DNA of 44,326 nt from Octopus sinensis (Eukaryota): positions 1 through 44,326 of the forward strand of contig NW_021824681.1 of NCBI RefSeq assembly GCF_006345805.1. Reading direction: 5' to 3'. Shown here one piece after another: positions 1 through 10,536 of this stretch. The notes under the pieces are model-generated. The model was not told the origin of the DNA. It did no database searches and worked only from the letters and a program-made list of their open reading frames with translations. A program made the position numbers and the translations under genes. Each line of letters begins with the position of its first letter. Positions within the stretch are counted from its first letter, which is position 1.

Positions 1-65
1 CACACACCTACATATACATGTAGGTATATAGACTCAGATGTATGCATATGTGTATGCATACTCAC

Positions 66-476
66 TTTTCTCTTTTACTTGTTTCAGTCATTTGATTGTG
101 GCCGTGCTGGAGCACCGCCTTTTAGTCGAGCAAATCGACCCCCAAGACTTATTCTTTGTAAGCCTAGTACTTTTTTTTTTATTGGTCTCTTTGGCCGAAC
201 CGCTAAGCTACGGGGACGTAAACACACCAGCATCGATTGTCAAGCGATGTTGGGCGGACAAACACAGACATGTACACACACACCTACATATATATACATA
301 CACATATATACGACGGGCTTCTTTCAGTTTCCGTCTACCAAATCCACCCACAAGGCTTTGGTCGGCCCGAGGCTATAGTAGAAGACACTTGCCGAAGGTT
401 CCACGCAGTGGGACTGAACCTGGAACCATGTGGTTGGTAAGCAAGCTACTTACCACACAGCCACTCCTACGCCTAT
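66..476 (-). mobile_element. tRNA-derived SINE, family A, full length
   Basis: Minus-strand head GGCGTAGGAGTGGCTGTGTGG (A-box-like) and GGTTCAGTCCC (B-box-like), then a CORE-like CTTCGGCAAGTGTCTTC segment, an internal CA/TA microsatellite and the tail GCTCCAGCACGGCCACAATCAAATGACTGAAACAAGTAAAAGA. More than 10 homologous copies are in the window. Confidence 0.9.
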
Positions 477-505
477 GTATGTATACATATACAAACACAT
501 CTTTA

Positions 506-727
506 GTCCTTGTTTCTGTCACAGAATTGTGACCATGCTGGAGCACCATCATGAAGGGTTATAGTCAAATGAACCAAACCAAACACTTATTATTAAGCCT
601 GATACTTATTCTGTTGGTCTCCTTTGCCAAACCACAAAGTCACGGGGATGTAAACAACCCAACACTGGCTGTGAAGCCACCGTGGGAGACAAAATACACA
701 CACATATATCTATCTATCTGTCTACGA

Positions 728-768
<41 letters not shown>

Positions 769-915
769 TGCAAACAAGCTTCCTTCAGTTTCTGTCTATC
801 AAATCCACTTATGAGACTTTAGTTGACCTGGGGCTATAGTAACAGAAAAAAGTGCCATGCAGTGGGATGGATTGAACATGGGGACCATGTGGTTGGAAAG
901 CAAACATCTAACCCC
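506..915 (-). mobile_element. SINE family A, degenerate copy
   Basis: Same module order as 66-476 with many substitutions. Confidence 0.7.
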
Positions 916-956
916 ATTGTCCAGTCTGCACATATATCATCATCGTTGTCGTCGTC

Positions 957-1214
957 GGGGCTAAACATAGAGGTGGACAAACAAGGACAGACAAAGGGAT
1001 TAAGATGATTACATCGACCCCAGTGCATAACAGGTATTTAATTTATCAACCCGAAAGGATGAAAAGCAAGTCGACTCGGTGGAATTTGAACTCAGAACGT
1101 AGCAGCAGATGAAATACCACTAGGCATTTTGCCCGGCGTGCTAACATTTCTGTCAGCTTGCTGCCTTACGTTTCTGCCAGCTCGCCGCCTTACAGTTCGC
1201 CGCCTTACAGTTCG
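957..1214 (-). mobile_element. tRNA-derived SINE, family B (Meta/MESC-like middle), with short head duplications
   Basis: Reverse complement reads GGCGGCGAGCTGGCAGAAAC...CTGAGTTCAAATTCC...GTCGACTTGCTTTTCATCCTTTCGGG; the head segment is repeated at 1150-1214. Confidence 0.85.
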
Positions 1215-1219
1215 CTGTT

Positions 1220-1385
1220 GTCGTCATCATCATTTAGTATCTGTTTTCCATGCTGGCATAGGTTAGACAGTCTGACAGGGGCTGGTAAACCAGAGAGCTG
1301 CACCAGGCTCCAATCTGTTTGGGCTTAGTTTCTGCAGCTAGATGCCCTTCCTAATGCCAACCACTTTACAGAGCGTACTGGCCAC
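1220..1385 (-). mobile_element. family C retroposon, 3' end only
   Basis: Reverse complement has GTGGTTGGCATTAGGAAGGGCATCTAGCTG...CATGGAAAA...ATGATGATG, matching the ends of the 8630 and 13216 copies. Confidence 0.75.
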
Positions 1386-2119
1386 AACTGTGATTTCACT
1401 AAGCTTGATGTGTCTTTTCAAATACATGTATACATAAAAGTCAATTTTGTCGTAGAGAATTACGACTATATATTTTAACTATCTAATTTCTCATTCTAGC
1501 TAATATTAAATCTCAACAATTCAAACAAGACTCGTTGGATTTTCCTTGGACATGGCATGAAAAATCACCAATGTCTCAAAGGAGTGAGTGTCGTGGAGTT
1601 TAGTTACATCCAACAAACACTGAAGTTTTCCCCAAATTCCAGGGTTTTTATAACTGCTCAACTTGAATTTAAAGAATCGAAATTACATACAAATATTCTT
1701 TAAGTAACTTTTATGATCTCTATATGAGCAGTTATATTAACCAATGGAAAAACGACAATAATGTTTCTTCGGCACTATGACATAACGTCATATTGCCAGC
1801 TACCACAAATTGGCGCTAATATTTAAAAATGGCAACTTGTTACACATACAGAGAGAGACTCATATACATATATATATATATAAGAGAAATGAAAATGTGT
1901 TAAAAGGAATAAGTCAGAGAGAAATCAGTGGAATATATGCAAACAATAGACACAGATAAGGATATATTAAATACTATATAAGATTAATTCTTGATTTAAT
2001 GAAAATATTTTAGGTTCCAGAGAGGACAGATGAGTTGTTTGGTGGAAAATTTTACCAACTTCAGATGAGAAAGGGCAATAAGCTCAAGAATCAAGAATTC
2101 CTCTAAAACTGATATACCA

Positions 2120-2341
2120 TTAACCCTTTAGTGTTTAAACTGGCCATATCTGGCCGAAGTTTTCTACCTATTTTATGTTTAAACTAAGGCTCTCACACCT
2201 TACCTACATTGACATTCTAAAAAGTGAACAATCACGTCATTAAAACCTCAAAGCTATAAGATAATACATGATTAATTAAAAACAATTTGAGTCAAAAAAA
2301 AAATTACATTTAACAGGGTAATCTGAACACTAAAGGGTTAA
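2120..2341. mobile_element. piggyBac-like MITE, family 1
   Basis: Terminal inverted repeats TTAACCCTTTAGTGTT / AACACTAAAGGGTTAA, with TTAA at 2120-2123 and 2338-2341; no ORF. Confidence 0.85.
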
Positions 2342-2709
2342 AGAAAAGATAGTCTGATTGCCTAAACATAAGAAATTGTTTAATATGTATTTCAGCCTCA
2401 ATAGACATCTGTACAGCAGTTGTTGTAGCTTGTATTTAGCAAGGGGGGGGGGGCACTTAAACATGCAAAAATGAGTAGAATGTAATTTATAGCCCAGGTA
2501 ATTTGCATAAATGAAATAAATATAAGTGAGCTTAGAGAAATGATTCAGAGTACCCAGTGGCGTTTATTCGAGCAAGATAATTAAGGATAATTAAGGGTAT
2601 ATTAAAAACGAAACAACAAATAATTTTTAAAAAATTATGTTACTTTCCGGAGAGGTAGACAACTGCTTGGTGGCAATTAGAACCAAAAGATACTTCTCCA
2701 TCAGGTGAT

Positions 2710-2880
2710 ATCCATCTGTTAAGATTGAGGGCATCACCGTCATTGGATGCCCTTGGAAGTGCAATGTGATCAGAGACATGACCGGTAAAGCAGGGGCTGG
2801 ACCTGTGGATGCAGGTCCAGCCCCTGCTTTATACCATTAAGTCTGGTTCCCAGGGGAAGAGGAACCCGGTGTAGCTCTCC
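2710..2880 (+). other. GC-richer, hairpin-rich segment fused to the RTE fragment; possible RTE 5' UTR
   Basis: 20 bp perfect inverted repeat at 2786-2805/2812-2831 and 7 bp hairpins at 2729-2752 and 2873-2891; directly abuts the RTE coding fragment. Confidence 0.4.
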
Positions 2881-3212
2881 CTATGAGAGCTCAAAATCTC
2901 TCATGGAAGCGTCATCCAACCAAAGTACAAATATATGGGAAACTACCACCTGTATCATCTCTTGTGAAAGGTAGAAGAGTCCAGTTTGCTGGACATTGTT
3001 GTAGAGCTGAAAACGAGGTAATTTCTACTCTTCTCCTCTGGAAGCTATCTGCTCGTGATACCAGAGGGCACACACTCTCCTACCCTGATGTAATCTCCAG
3101 GGATACAAGCATCCAGCAACAGGACCTCCGTAATGCTATGATGGACCGTGAAGTCTGGCGTAACATAGTAAGTTCCATTGTCTCAACCACGGTCGAACAA
3201 TGATGATGATGA
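2881..3212 (+). mobile_element. RTE-clade LINE, 3' fragment (ORF C-terminus and (ATG)n tail)
   Basis: ORF 2883-3203 LSWKRHPTKVQIYGKLPPVS..RRVQFAGHC..LLLWK..DREVWR matches the typical RTE post-RT C-terminus and ends in TGATGATGATG. Confidence 0.85.
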
Positions 3213-3356
3213 GAACTAAAAGAGAAGTAATAATGTCAGAAATCAAGAAACATTCAATACTGATATGCCATTAAGAAAAAGACAGATTGATTTGTTTTTG
3301 GAAATACGGGCAGCTGTGGATGTGTTTCTGCCTCATTAGGCATCATTAGCACAACA

Positions 3357-3510
3357 GCTCCTTTCAGTTTCTGCCAACCAAATCCACTTGGGAAGTTTTG
3401 TTTGACCCAAGGCTATAGTAGAAGACACTTTCCAAGGTATTGTGCAGTAGGACTGAACTTGAAACCAAGTGGTAAGAATACAACTTATAAAACTGGATAG
3501 CCATACCTGC
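3357..3510 (-). mobile_element. SINE family A, head fragment
   Basis: CTTTCAGTTTCTGCCAACCAAATCCAC...GCTATAGTAGAAGACAC...GGACTGAAC homology. Confidence 0.7.
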
Positions 3511-3534
3511 ACTTTTATTGGTTTCAGATTTTTA

Positions 3535-3737
3535 GCACAGGGCTAGCAATTTTAAGGTAGGGCATAAGTTGACTAAATTGACCCTAGTGTGTGTGTAACT
3601 TGTACTTATTCTATCAAACCCAAAAGGGATGGGAAGCGAAGTCAACCTCGATGGAATCTGAACTCAGAACATAAAGACGGACGAAATGCTGCTAAGTCTT
3701 TTGCCTGGTATGCTAATGAGTCTGCCAGTTCTCACCA
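3535..3737 (-). mobile_element. SINE family B, degenerate
   Basis: GAAGTCAACCTCGATGGAATCTGAACTCAGAAC...CTGCCAGTTCTCACC homology. Confidence 0.7.
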
Positions 3738-3824
3738 TAATTGCCATGAAATGTAACTGAAGCGTTTACTTGTCCTTCAATTTACGTCTGCCTATTAAGG
3801 CATTGTCAAAGATTTTATACTGTA

Positions 3825-3865
3825 ACTAGCACTATGACCCAGCAACGCCGGGTCATAGTGCTAGT
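3825..3865. repeat. perfect 16 bp inverted repeat with 9 nt loop
   Basis: ACTAGCACTATGACCC-agcaacgcc-GGGTCATAGTGCTAGT. Confidence 0.95.
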
Positions 3866-4079
3866 GCATGCATATACAGCTGCGTGCGTACGCACATACA
3901 CGCGAGTACTGTCTAAATCTCCGACCAATCACATACAGCTAGCTGGCATTCCATTGGCGTATCAAGTTTCAGGCATTTTGATTGGGTTTTGGATAGAAAA
4001 TTCACAAAAAAGTCACTTCTATTGACTTTTTAATGGCTTTGCTGGGTGACTAGGGAAATGTAAAGCTCGCCACCTTATA

Positions 4080-4123
<44 letters not shown>

Positions 4124-4139
4124 ATATAATGTATGAGTG

Positions 4140-4350
4140 TGTGTATATGTTTGTGTGTCTGTGTTTGTCCCCCTAACATTGCTTGACAACCGATGCTGGT
4201 GTGTTTACGTCCCCGTCACTTAGCGGTTCGGCAAAAGAGACCGATAGAATAAGTGCTAGGCTTACAAAGAATAAGTCCTGAGGTTGATTTGCTTGACTAA
4301 AGGTGGTGCTTCAGCATGGCCACAGTCAAATGACAAACAAGTAAAAGAGT
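4140..4350 (+). mobile_element. SINE family A, 3' half
   Basis: Starts in a (TA)n run, then GTCCCCGTCACTTAGCGGTTCGGCAAAAGAGACCG through the tail. Confidence 0.85.
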
Positions 4351-4636
4351 ATTAAAGGATTATTTGTCAGACTAAAGGAACTGGTCGAATATGCTGTTAA
4401 AAGTGAAACTTGATATTGAGTCAACTCAACAAGTATTACTCTACGGAATATATAGAAACCCACCACCATAGTTAACTGTTCTTTTTTCAATAAATTATTT
4501 CTATCAAATAATACTGTGTCTTTATGTGTGTTGGAGAGTTCCCGTATGTGTGTGTATACACACACACATATACATATATATAATTATTTATCTACATAAA
4601 TATATGCATATACATATATAAATATCTATAGATATA

Positions 4637-6030
4637 CTGGGTCATCCCATAAATGCGGTTTTTTTAAATACTTCTTTTATTTTTCAAAATTAAGATAAAG
4701 TGCTTTTTAAATCTAAAATATACTCTCCTTCATTTTCTACAATACTCATCCATCTACCTGGTAGACTTGCAAGGCCCCCTCTTCCAAAATTCACTTGCCC
4801 ATGATGAAAAACCCTCCTCCAGTAGTGTTCTGAAGGTCGTCCTCACTATATGTGGCCCTGGATTATCCTGATGGAAAAGGTTTTCGTCATGAAACAAAGG
4901 TGGTCATTTTACTTCTAGTACTGACTTAAGCCACTCAAGCTGCTTGCAGTAGATCTCTTTCGTCATTATTTGGTTTGGATTTAAAAGTTCAAAATGGACT
5001 AAGCCTTTCATATCCCATCAAAAAGATAACAGCATCTTACATGAGTGAAGACCTTCCTTAGCCTGGGGGGGGGGGCAGTTTGGTGCTTGACATTTTTATA
5101 GAGAACACATTTCTCATCACCAGTCATTATTTGGTCCCAAAAAGGTTCATTAGTGAACTGTGACAGTAAAGAAGAGTATACATTCACTCTCTGCATGCGA
5201 TTAGGTTTGCAAAGTTTGGGAGGAACCTGTTGACCCAATTTGCTGACATTTCCAATAGCACACAGGTATCGATGGATTGTGGAATGACCAAATCCAGCTT
5301 CTCTGCTAATTTCTCAACAGTTTCGACGGAATTTCGCTCTACCAGGGTTTGCAGGATGAGCTTGTTGAGCTCTACAGATCTTCAAGAATGAGGCTTTCTC
5401 TTTTCTCTTTTACTTGTTTCAGTCATTTGACTGCGGCCATGCTGGAGCACCACCTTTAATCGAGCAACTCGACTCCGGGACTTATTATTTTTCTAAGTCC
5501 AGTACTTAGTCTATCGGTCTCTTTTTGCCGAACCGCTAAGTTACGGGAACATAAACACACCAGCATTGGTTGTCAAGCAATGCTAGGGGGACAAACACAG
5601 ACATACAAACACACACACGCATATATATATATATATACATACATACGACAGGCTTCTTTCAGTTTCTGTCTACCAAATCCACTCACAAGGCTTTGGTTGG
5701 CCCGAGGCTATAGTAGAAGATACTTGCCCAAGGTGTCACGCAGTGGGACTGAACTCACAACCATGTGGTTGGTTAACAAGCTACTTACCACACAGCTACT
5801 CCTGGCTTGTCTTTTGTTTTTGGCTAGTTTTTGGCTTGGGATTTATGGAACCACCATTGACACATGCTTATGCTTATTGTCCAATCCCCATATGCTGCAA
5901 TAATATTCCCTTTCCATTGCGTTGTTGCCTTTAATGAACTCACAAAGTAAAATATGCCAAATATGCTCCTTTGTTACTTCCATTATATCTTTGAAAAAGT
6001 AACTTAAAATTGAACTGCACTCTTCAAAAC
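4637..6030 (-). mobile_element. decayed mariner transposon interrupted by a SINE
   Basis: TA at 4635-4636 then TIR CTGGGTCATCCCATAAAT. Transposase pieces EPFWDQIMTGDEKCVLY (5008-5238) and N-terminal MEVTKEHIWHILLCEFIKGNNA (about 5930-5995); frameshifts and stops. Confidence 0.85.
5397..5803 (-). mobile_element. SINE family A, full length, nested in the mariner
   Basis: Complete head-to-tail homology to 66-476. Confidence 0.9.
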
Positions 6031-6297
6031 TACATGCACAGACACACATATACATACATACATGCACACACACATATACACACACATACATGCACACATA
6101 AATACACACCTACACATATATACATACATGCACATACACACATATATACACACATATACATGCACACATACATGCATATATATATATATACATACATATA
6201 TATACACATAGATGCATATATATACACATACATGCACACACACGCATATACATGCACACACATACGTATATACATACATGCACACACACACACACAT
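6030..6297. repeat. compound (CA)/(TA)/(CATA) microsatellite
   Basis: Direct inspection; source of the H/T/Y and C/V/M pseudo-ORFs. Confidence 0.95.
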
Positions 6298-6812
6298 TTC
6301 CAAAAATATCAGACACCATCTGAGAAAGATTCCTTTCGCTTGAGACTGCTGGAGAAGTAAAGACGAACTGGATGGTGACATCGGGTTCTTTTTTCCAATG
6401 CAGCTAATGTTATTACGACCATTTTCAAAAGCTGTACATCCGTAAGTAAACAGCTAACACTGGATACCATTGAGAGGAACCATCACATGACATGGGCGAT
6501 ACAGATGGTTGGAAGATCAAGGTCCTGTAAATCCAAACAAGTTCTACTTACGGTTATGTGTGTCTGTGTGTGTGTGTCTGTGTGTGCATGCATGTGCGTA
6601 TGTCTACATACATCCATGAGTGTATGTGTCTGTCCTTATGTATATCTTCATGTTGATGCTACTTGAAAAAAAACAACTAAACAAAAAAAAAATAAATAAC
6701 GTCCGTGATTGTGTTCCACAACTCGAGAGTATGATAAATAATGATAAGTGTCACACGTTGAAATATATAAGTACTGGTGTCAGTTTAATTGACTTAAAAT
6801 CTTTCAGTGGAG

Positions 6813-7192
6813 TGCAGTCCAATATGTAAAACTGCAGTCTAATATGTAAAACTGCAGTCCAATACGTAAAACTGCAGTCCAATATGTAAAACTGCAGTCT
6901 AATATGTAAAACTGCAGTCCAATACGTAAAACTGCAGTCCAATATGTAAAACTGCAGTCTAATATGTAAAACTGCAGTCCAATACGTAAAACTGCAGTCC
7001 AATATGTAAAACTGCAGTCCAATATGTAAAACTGCAGTCCAATATTTAAAACTGCAGTCCAATATATAAAACTGCAATCTAATATGCAAAACTGCAGTCT
7101 AATACGTAAAACTGTAGTCCAATATGTAAAACTGCAGTCCAATATGTAAAACTGCAGTCCAATATGTAAAACTGCAGTCCAATATGTAAAAC
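6813..7192. repeat. 20 bp minisatellite, about 19 units
   Basis: Unit AATATGTAAAACTGCAGTCC. Confidence 0.97.
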
Positions 7193-7250
7193 ACTAAAAC
7201 AGTTTTGACAAAAATAGGCACAAAATTAAGACATTATGGCAGACATACCA

Positions 7251-7980
7251 TATACACTGGAACCTCAGTTTATGAATTTAATTTGTTCCTGAAGACAATT
7301 TATCACCTGAAATGTTTATAAACTGAAACTATTTTTTTCCATAACAAACTCCTGAGAAGGCACAAAGAATTTAAGCAGCGATATGCACTGAGCAAAAACT
7401 ATACAGCAACTGACACTCTGCTGTTGATATTCCAAGCTTGTTAGCAACAATTGTTATAAATTCAATGAGCAGAGAGTGTGTGATACAGGTATTGTCTCAG
7501 ACAGATCGTTGCTTTCTTGGAGAAAACTTTAAATTTGATTTGTGTTGTCATGTTCAGAATTTAAACCCTACCTAGTTCAACATCAACTTTTTCCTTTCCT
7601 TGTGTTGATAAATTAAATACCAGACATACATTGGGGTCGATTGAATCAGCAACTATTGTATTTAGAGTTGAACCAATCAGCTCTGAGTTAAAATCTGATG
7701 TGTCTTGATTTTATTTATTTATCTTCTAAACATTAATTTAAGGCATTGGATTGGCAGAATCATTAGAGCATCACTTCAAATGTCTTAATGTATTTCATTG
7801 AGTTCCTTTACATTCTGAGTTCAAATCCTGCTGAAGTCAACTTTGGCTTTCCACCTTTCAAAACACTCACTTGTGTGTTCATTACTTGAAACACCGTTCA
7901 TCACCTGAGATGTTTCGTATCTGAAAAATTGTTCAATTTGTTTGTGATGAGAGACATTTGTAAACAAAGGTTTTGTGGTA
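7251..7980. mobile_element. possible pogo/Tigger-like relic
   Basis: Left TACACTGGAACCTCAGTTTATGAA and right TTTGTAAACAAAGGTTTTGTGGTA are weak inverted matches resembling Tigger-type ends; heavily interrupted. Confidence 0.3.
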
Positions 7981-9424
7981 CCTCACTGAGTACAGGATTT
8001 GCAATTTCCATTGCTGTGTCTTCAAAAAGATTCTCTTTGTCTGGCACTACTGTTTCTTACTGACATATTGTATGGCTGTTAGGGTTTACACCATCACCCC
8101 CTTATAAGAAAGACTCTGCAGGATCTAGTTTAAAGAATCCTGGGTGACACCAGTATAAGTTAACTTGAACTTCATTATCAGACTGGTACTTTATTATTGA
8201 TCTTGGAAAACTGATATATCAATCATTAAATCAATCAGTGATGGAGATGCCACATACCTTGTTAGTTAAATAATCTGCATAAAGTTGTTCTATCATATTT
8301 TCTAAAGTCAATAATACAGAATTACTTTGGAACCCAGCAGAGTTTACATTCTCACCTGTCCTTAAACACCTACAATACTAAGAAGATTCTGTAATATTTT
8401 GCACAGAATAACAAGCCTGGGAGACCCCAGTATCAGTCATCTAAAAACTTTCCCATTACTAACTGCTACTGCATTTTATTGAGTTTTGAAGGTGGAAAGC
8501 CAAAGTTGAACTCAGAATGTAAAAAGACACAATTGAGATCCATTAAGACATTTAAGAGATGCTCTAATGATTCTGCCAAGCCAATGCCTGAAATTAATGT
8601 TTAGAAGATAAATAAAATAAAATAAAATCAAAATCAAAATCAATTCGATGACTGGCATCCGTGCTAGCGGGGTGCAAAGAGCACCATACGAGTGTGATCA
8701 TTTACAGAGCGGCTAACCGGCTTCTGTGCCAGTGGCACATAGAAGGGCACCATTCGAGTATGATCATTACCAGCATCGCCTTACTGGCCTGTGCTAGTAG
8801 GGTTTCAAGAGCACCATCTGAGCGTGATTGTTGCCAGAGCAGCCAACTGGCTTCCGTACCTGTGACATGTAAAAGGGCACCATTTGAGCGTGATCGTTAC
8901 CAACGTCGCTTCACTGGAACCTGTGCCGGTGGCACGTGTAAAAAGATTCAGGCGAGGTCATTCCCAGTACTGCCTGACTGGCCCCCATGCTGGTGGCACG
9001 TAAAAAGCACCCACTACACTCTCGGAGTGGTTGGTGTTAGGAAGGGCATCCAGCTGTAGAAACTCTGCCAAATCAAGATTGGAGCCTGGTGTAGCCATCT
9101 GGTTTGCCAGCCCTCAGTCAAAATCGTCCAACCCATGCTAGCATGGAAAGCGGACGTTAAACGATGATGATGATGATGATGAAGACACATCAGAATTTAA
9201 CTCAGAACTGATAGGTTCAACTCTAAATACAATAGTTATTGATTGAATCAACACTAGTATTTAATTTATTAACACAAGGGAAGGATAAAGTTGATGTTGA
9301 TCTAGGTAGGGGTTTAAATTCTGAACATGACAACGCGAATCAAATTTAAAGTTTTCTCCAAGAAAGCAGCGATCTGTCCAAGACAACACCTGTTTGACAA
9401 CACCTTTGCTCATTGAATTTATAA
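7452..9424. repeat. local inverted duplication, arms about 7452-7866 and 8481-9424
   Basis: Long colinear reverse-complement matches, for example TTTCTTGGAGAAAACTTTAAATTTGATT and ACTATTGTATTTAGAGTTGAACC. The right arm is split by the 8630-9181 insertion. Confidence 0.9.
8630..9181 (+). mobile_element. family C retroposon with about 6 internal structured units
   Basis: Tandem units of about 65 nt, then CCCACTACACTCTCGGAGTGGTTGGTGTTAGGAAGGGCATCCAGCTGTAGAAAC...GGACGTTAAACG(ATG)n. Confidence 0.9.
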
Positions 9425-9624
9425 GCACGGACATTGTTCCTTACATTAATAAATAATAATGGTTTCCAGCAGAGGCATAAGGCTGGACATTTCAAGAAGT
9501 GGCTTAGCTGATATAATTGACCCTTGTAGTCGACTGAATGAATGGTAAAGTTGACTGTGACTGGATTTAATACTGGCATTCAGATAATTGCCAAATGTAA
9601 CACATATTTCTTCACATTGTTTTG

Positions 9625-9793
9625 CGTTCATCATGCATTATCTCACAGCTTCAAGAGTTTGGTGAGCTGATTTGTTTATTTAAAAGAATGACATTGTCAG
9701 ATAGGTGAGAGAGTCTGGATGTGACCAGTTTGAACATAAAGATTGGTAAAATATTTGAGCCAGATATGGCCAGGTTAAATGCTAAATGGTTAA
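9625..9793. mobile_element. MITE family 1, partial
   Basis: AGAATGACATTGTC...CCAGATATGGCCAGGTTAAATGCTAAATGGTTAA matches the right part of the 34326-34561 copy. Confidence 0.65.
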
Positions 9794-9864
9794 ACACAAA
9801 ATATAAAGAACTAGAACAACCTCTACAGGGCAGTTTCTCCTATTATGCCGTATTGATTCAGCCA

Positions 9865-9939
9865 AATAATAATAATAATAACAACAACAACAACAACAAT
9901 AATAATAACAACAATAATGATAATAATAATAATAATAAC

Positions 9940-9973
<34 letters not shown>

Positions 9974-9981
9974 TAATAATA
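9865..9981. repeat. (AAT)/(AAC) microsatellite
   Basis: Direct inspection. Confidence 0.95.
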
Positions 9982-10535
9982 AAATGCCCTGATGCAGTAC
10001 CAGGCAGTGGCTCTCATGGCTTCTGATCTTAACTGATTGGAAGTGTTATCATGTACATTGTTTTGTCTTGGTATAAAAGATGGGCTACAGCAAATATTCT
10101 GCTCAATACCACAGATTTGCTTTGTCAGTGTTTGGCCTTAGCCAGTTGAGCATGTCCCTTAGTGGCTGACGATATGTGCATCTCTGATCACGAGCAGAAG
10201 TGTGGGGAGCATCATGGCCATGTGTTGAGAGGGATTCTTTGGGGTTTGAATAATTCACCTCTGGAAACATAGGTGTTTCGTTCAACATCCTAAAGCAACC
10301 CTTATTCAGGGACCTTTTGAGCAGGATGGGCTACTCACCTGAAGAAAATTCTAACTGGGCCCCACCTGCAAGGTCATGTGCTGTTTATCTTGATATGAGA
10401 TCACCATGTCGCACACATATGGTTGTGATGCATGTGCCTGGTGTACCTTTATCAGACGGGTAGTCATGATGGGTATATTGGGCTTCGTATATTTTACCCC
10501 AGTGTCACTTTGATGGCATGAACTGCTCTCTCACT
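9982..10535 (+). mobile_element. probable retroposon fragment embedded in (AAT)n
   Basis: About 550 bp of GC-richer non-coding sequence bounded on both sides by (AAT)n. Repeat status and strand are inferred; there is no second copy in the window. Confidence 0.45.
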
Positions 10536-10536
10536 C

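Noticed and set aside
38-532. Recurrent 70-160 aa ORFs such as RRASFSFRLPNPLTR.. and MPRSGTEP..
   Set aside because: Antisense translations of SINE A, recurring at every copy.
2700-2790. HDV-like ribozyme in the RTE leader
   Set aside because: A P1-like GGTGAT/ATCACC pairing exists, but no P3/L3/P1.1 elements are in the required order.
5843-6381. ORFs rich in C/V/M/Y or H/T/Y (also at 17.7-18.2, 19.5-19.8 and 21-22.7 kb)
   Set aside because: Translations of CA/TA microsatellites.
6300-6545. Unique segment with splice-like signals on both strands (plus-strand 38 nt TTTTTTCCAATGCAG..GTAAGT; minus-strand TTACAG acceptor)
   Set aside because: No consistent frame with other exons and no supporting plus-strand gene; such signals are expected by chance.
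6751-7142. Repetitive ORFs (LQFYILDCSFTYWTAV)n
   Set aside because: By-product of a stop-free 20 bp minisatellite; no splice or start context.
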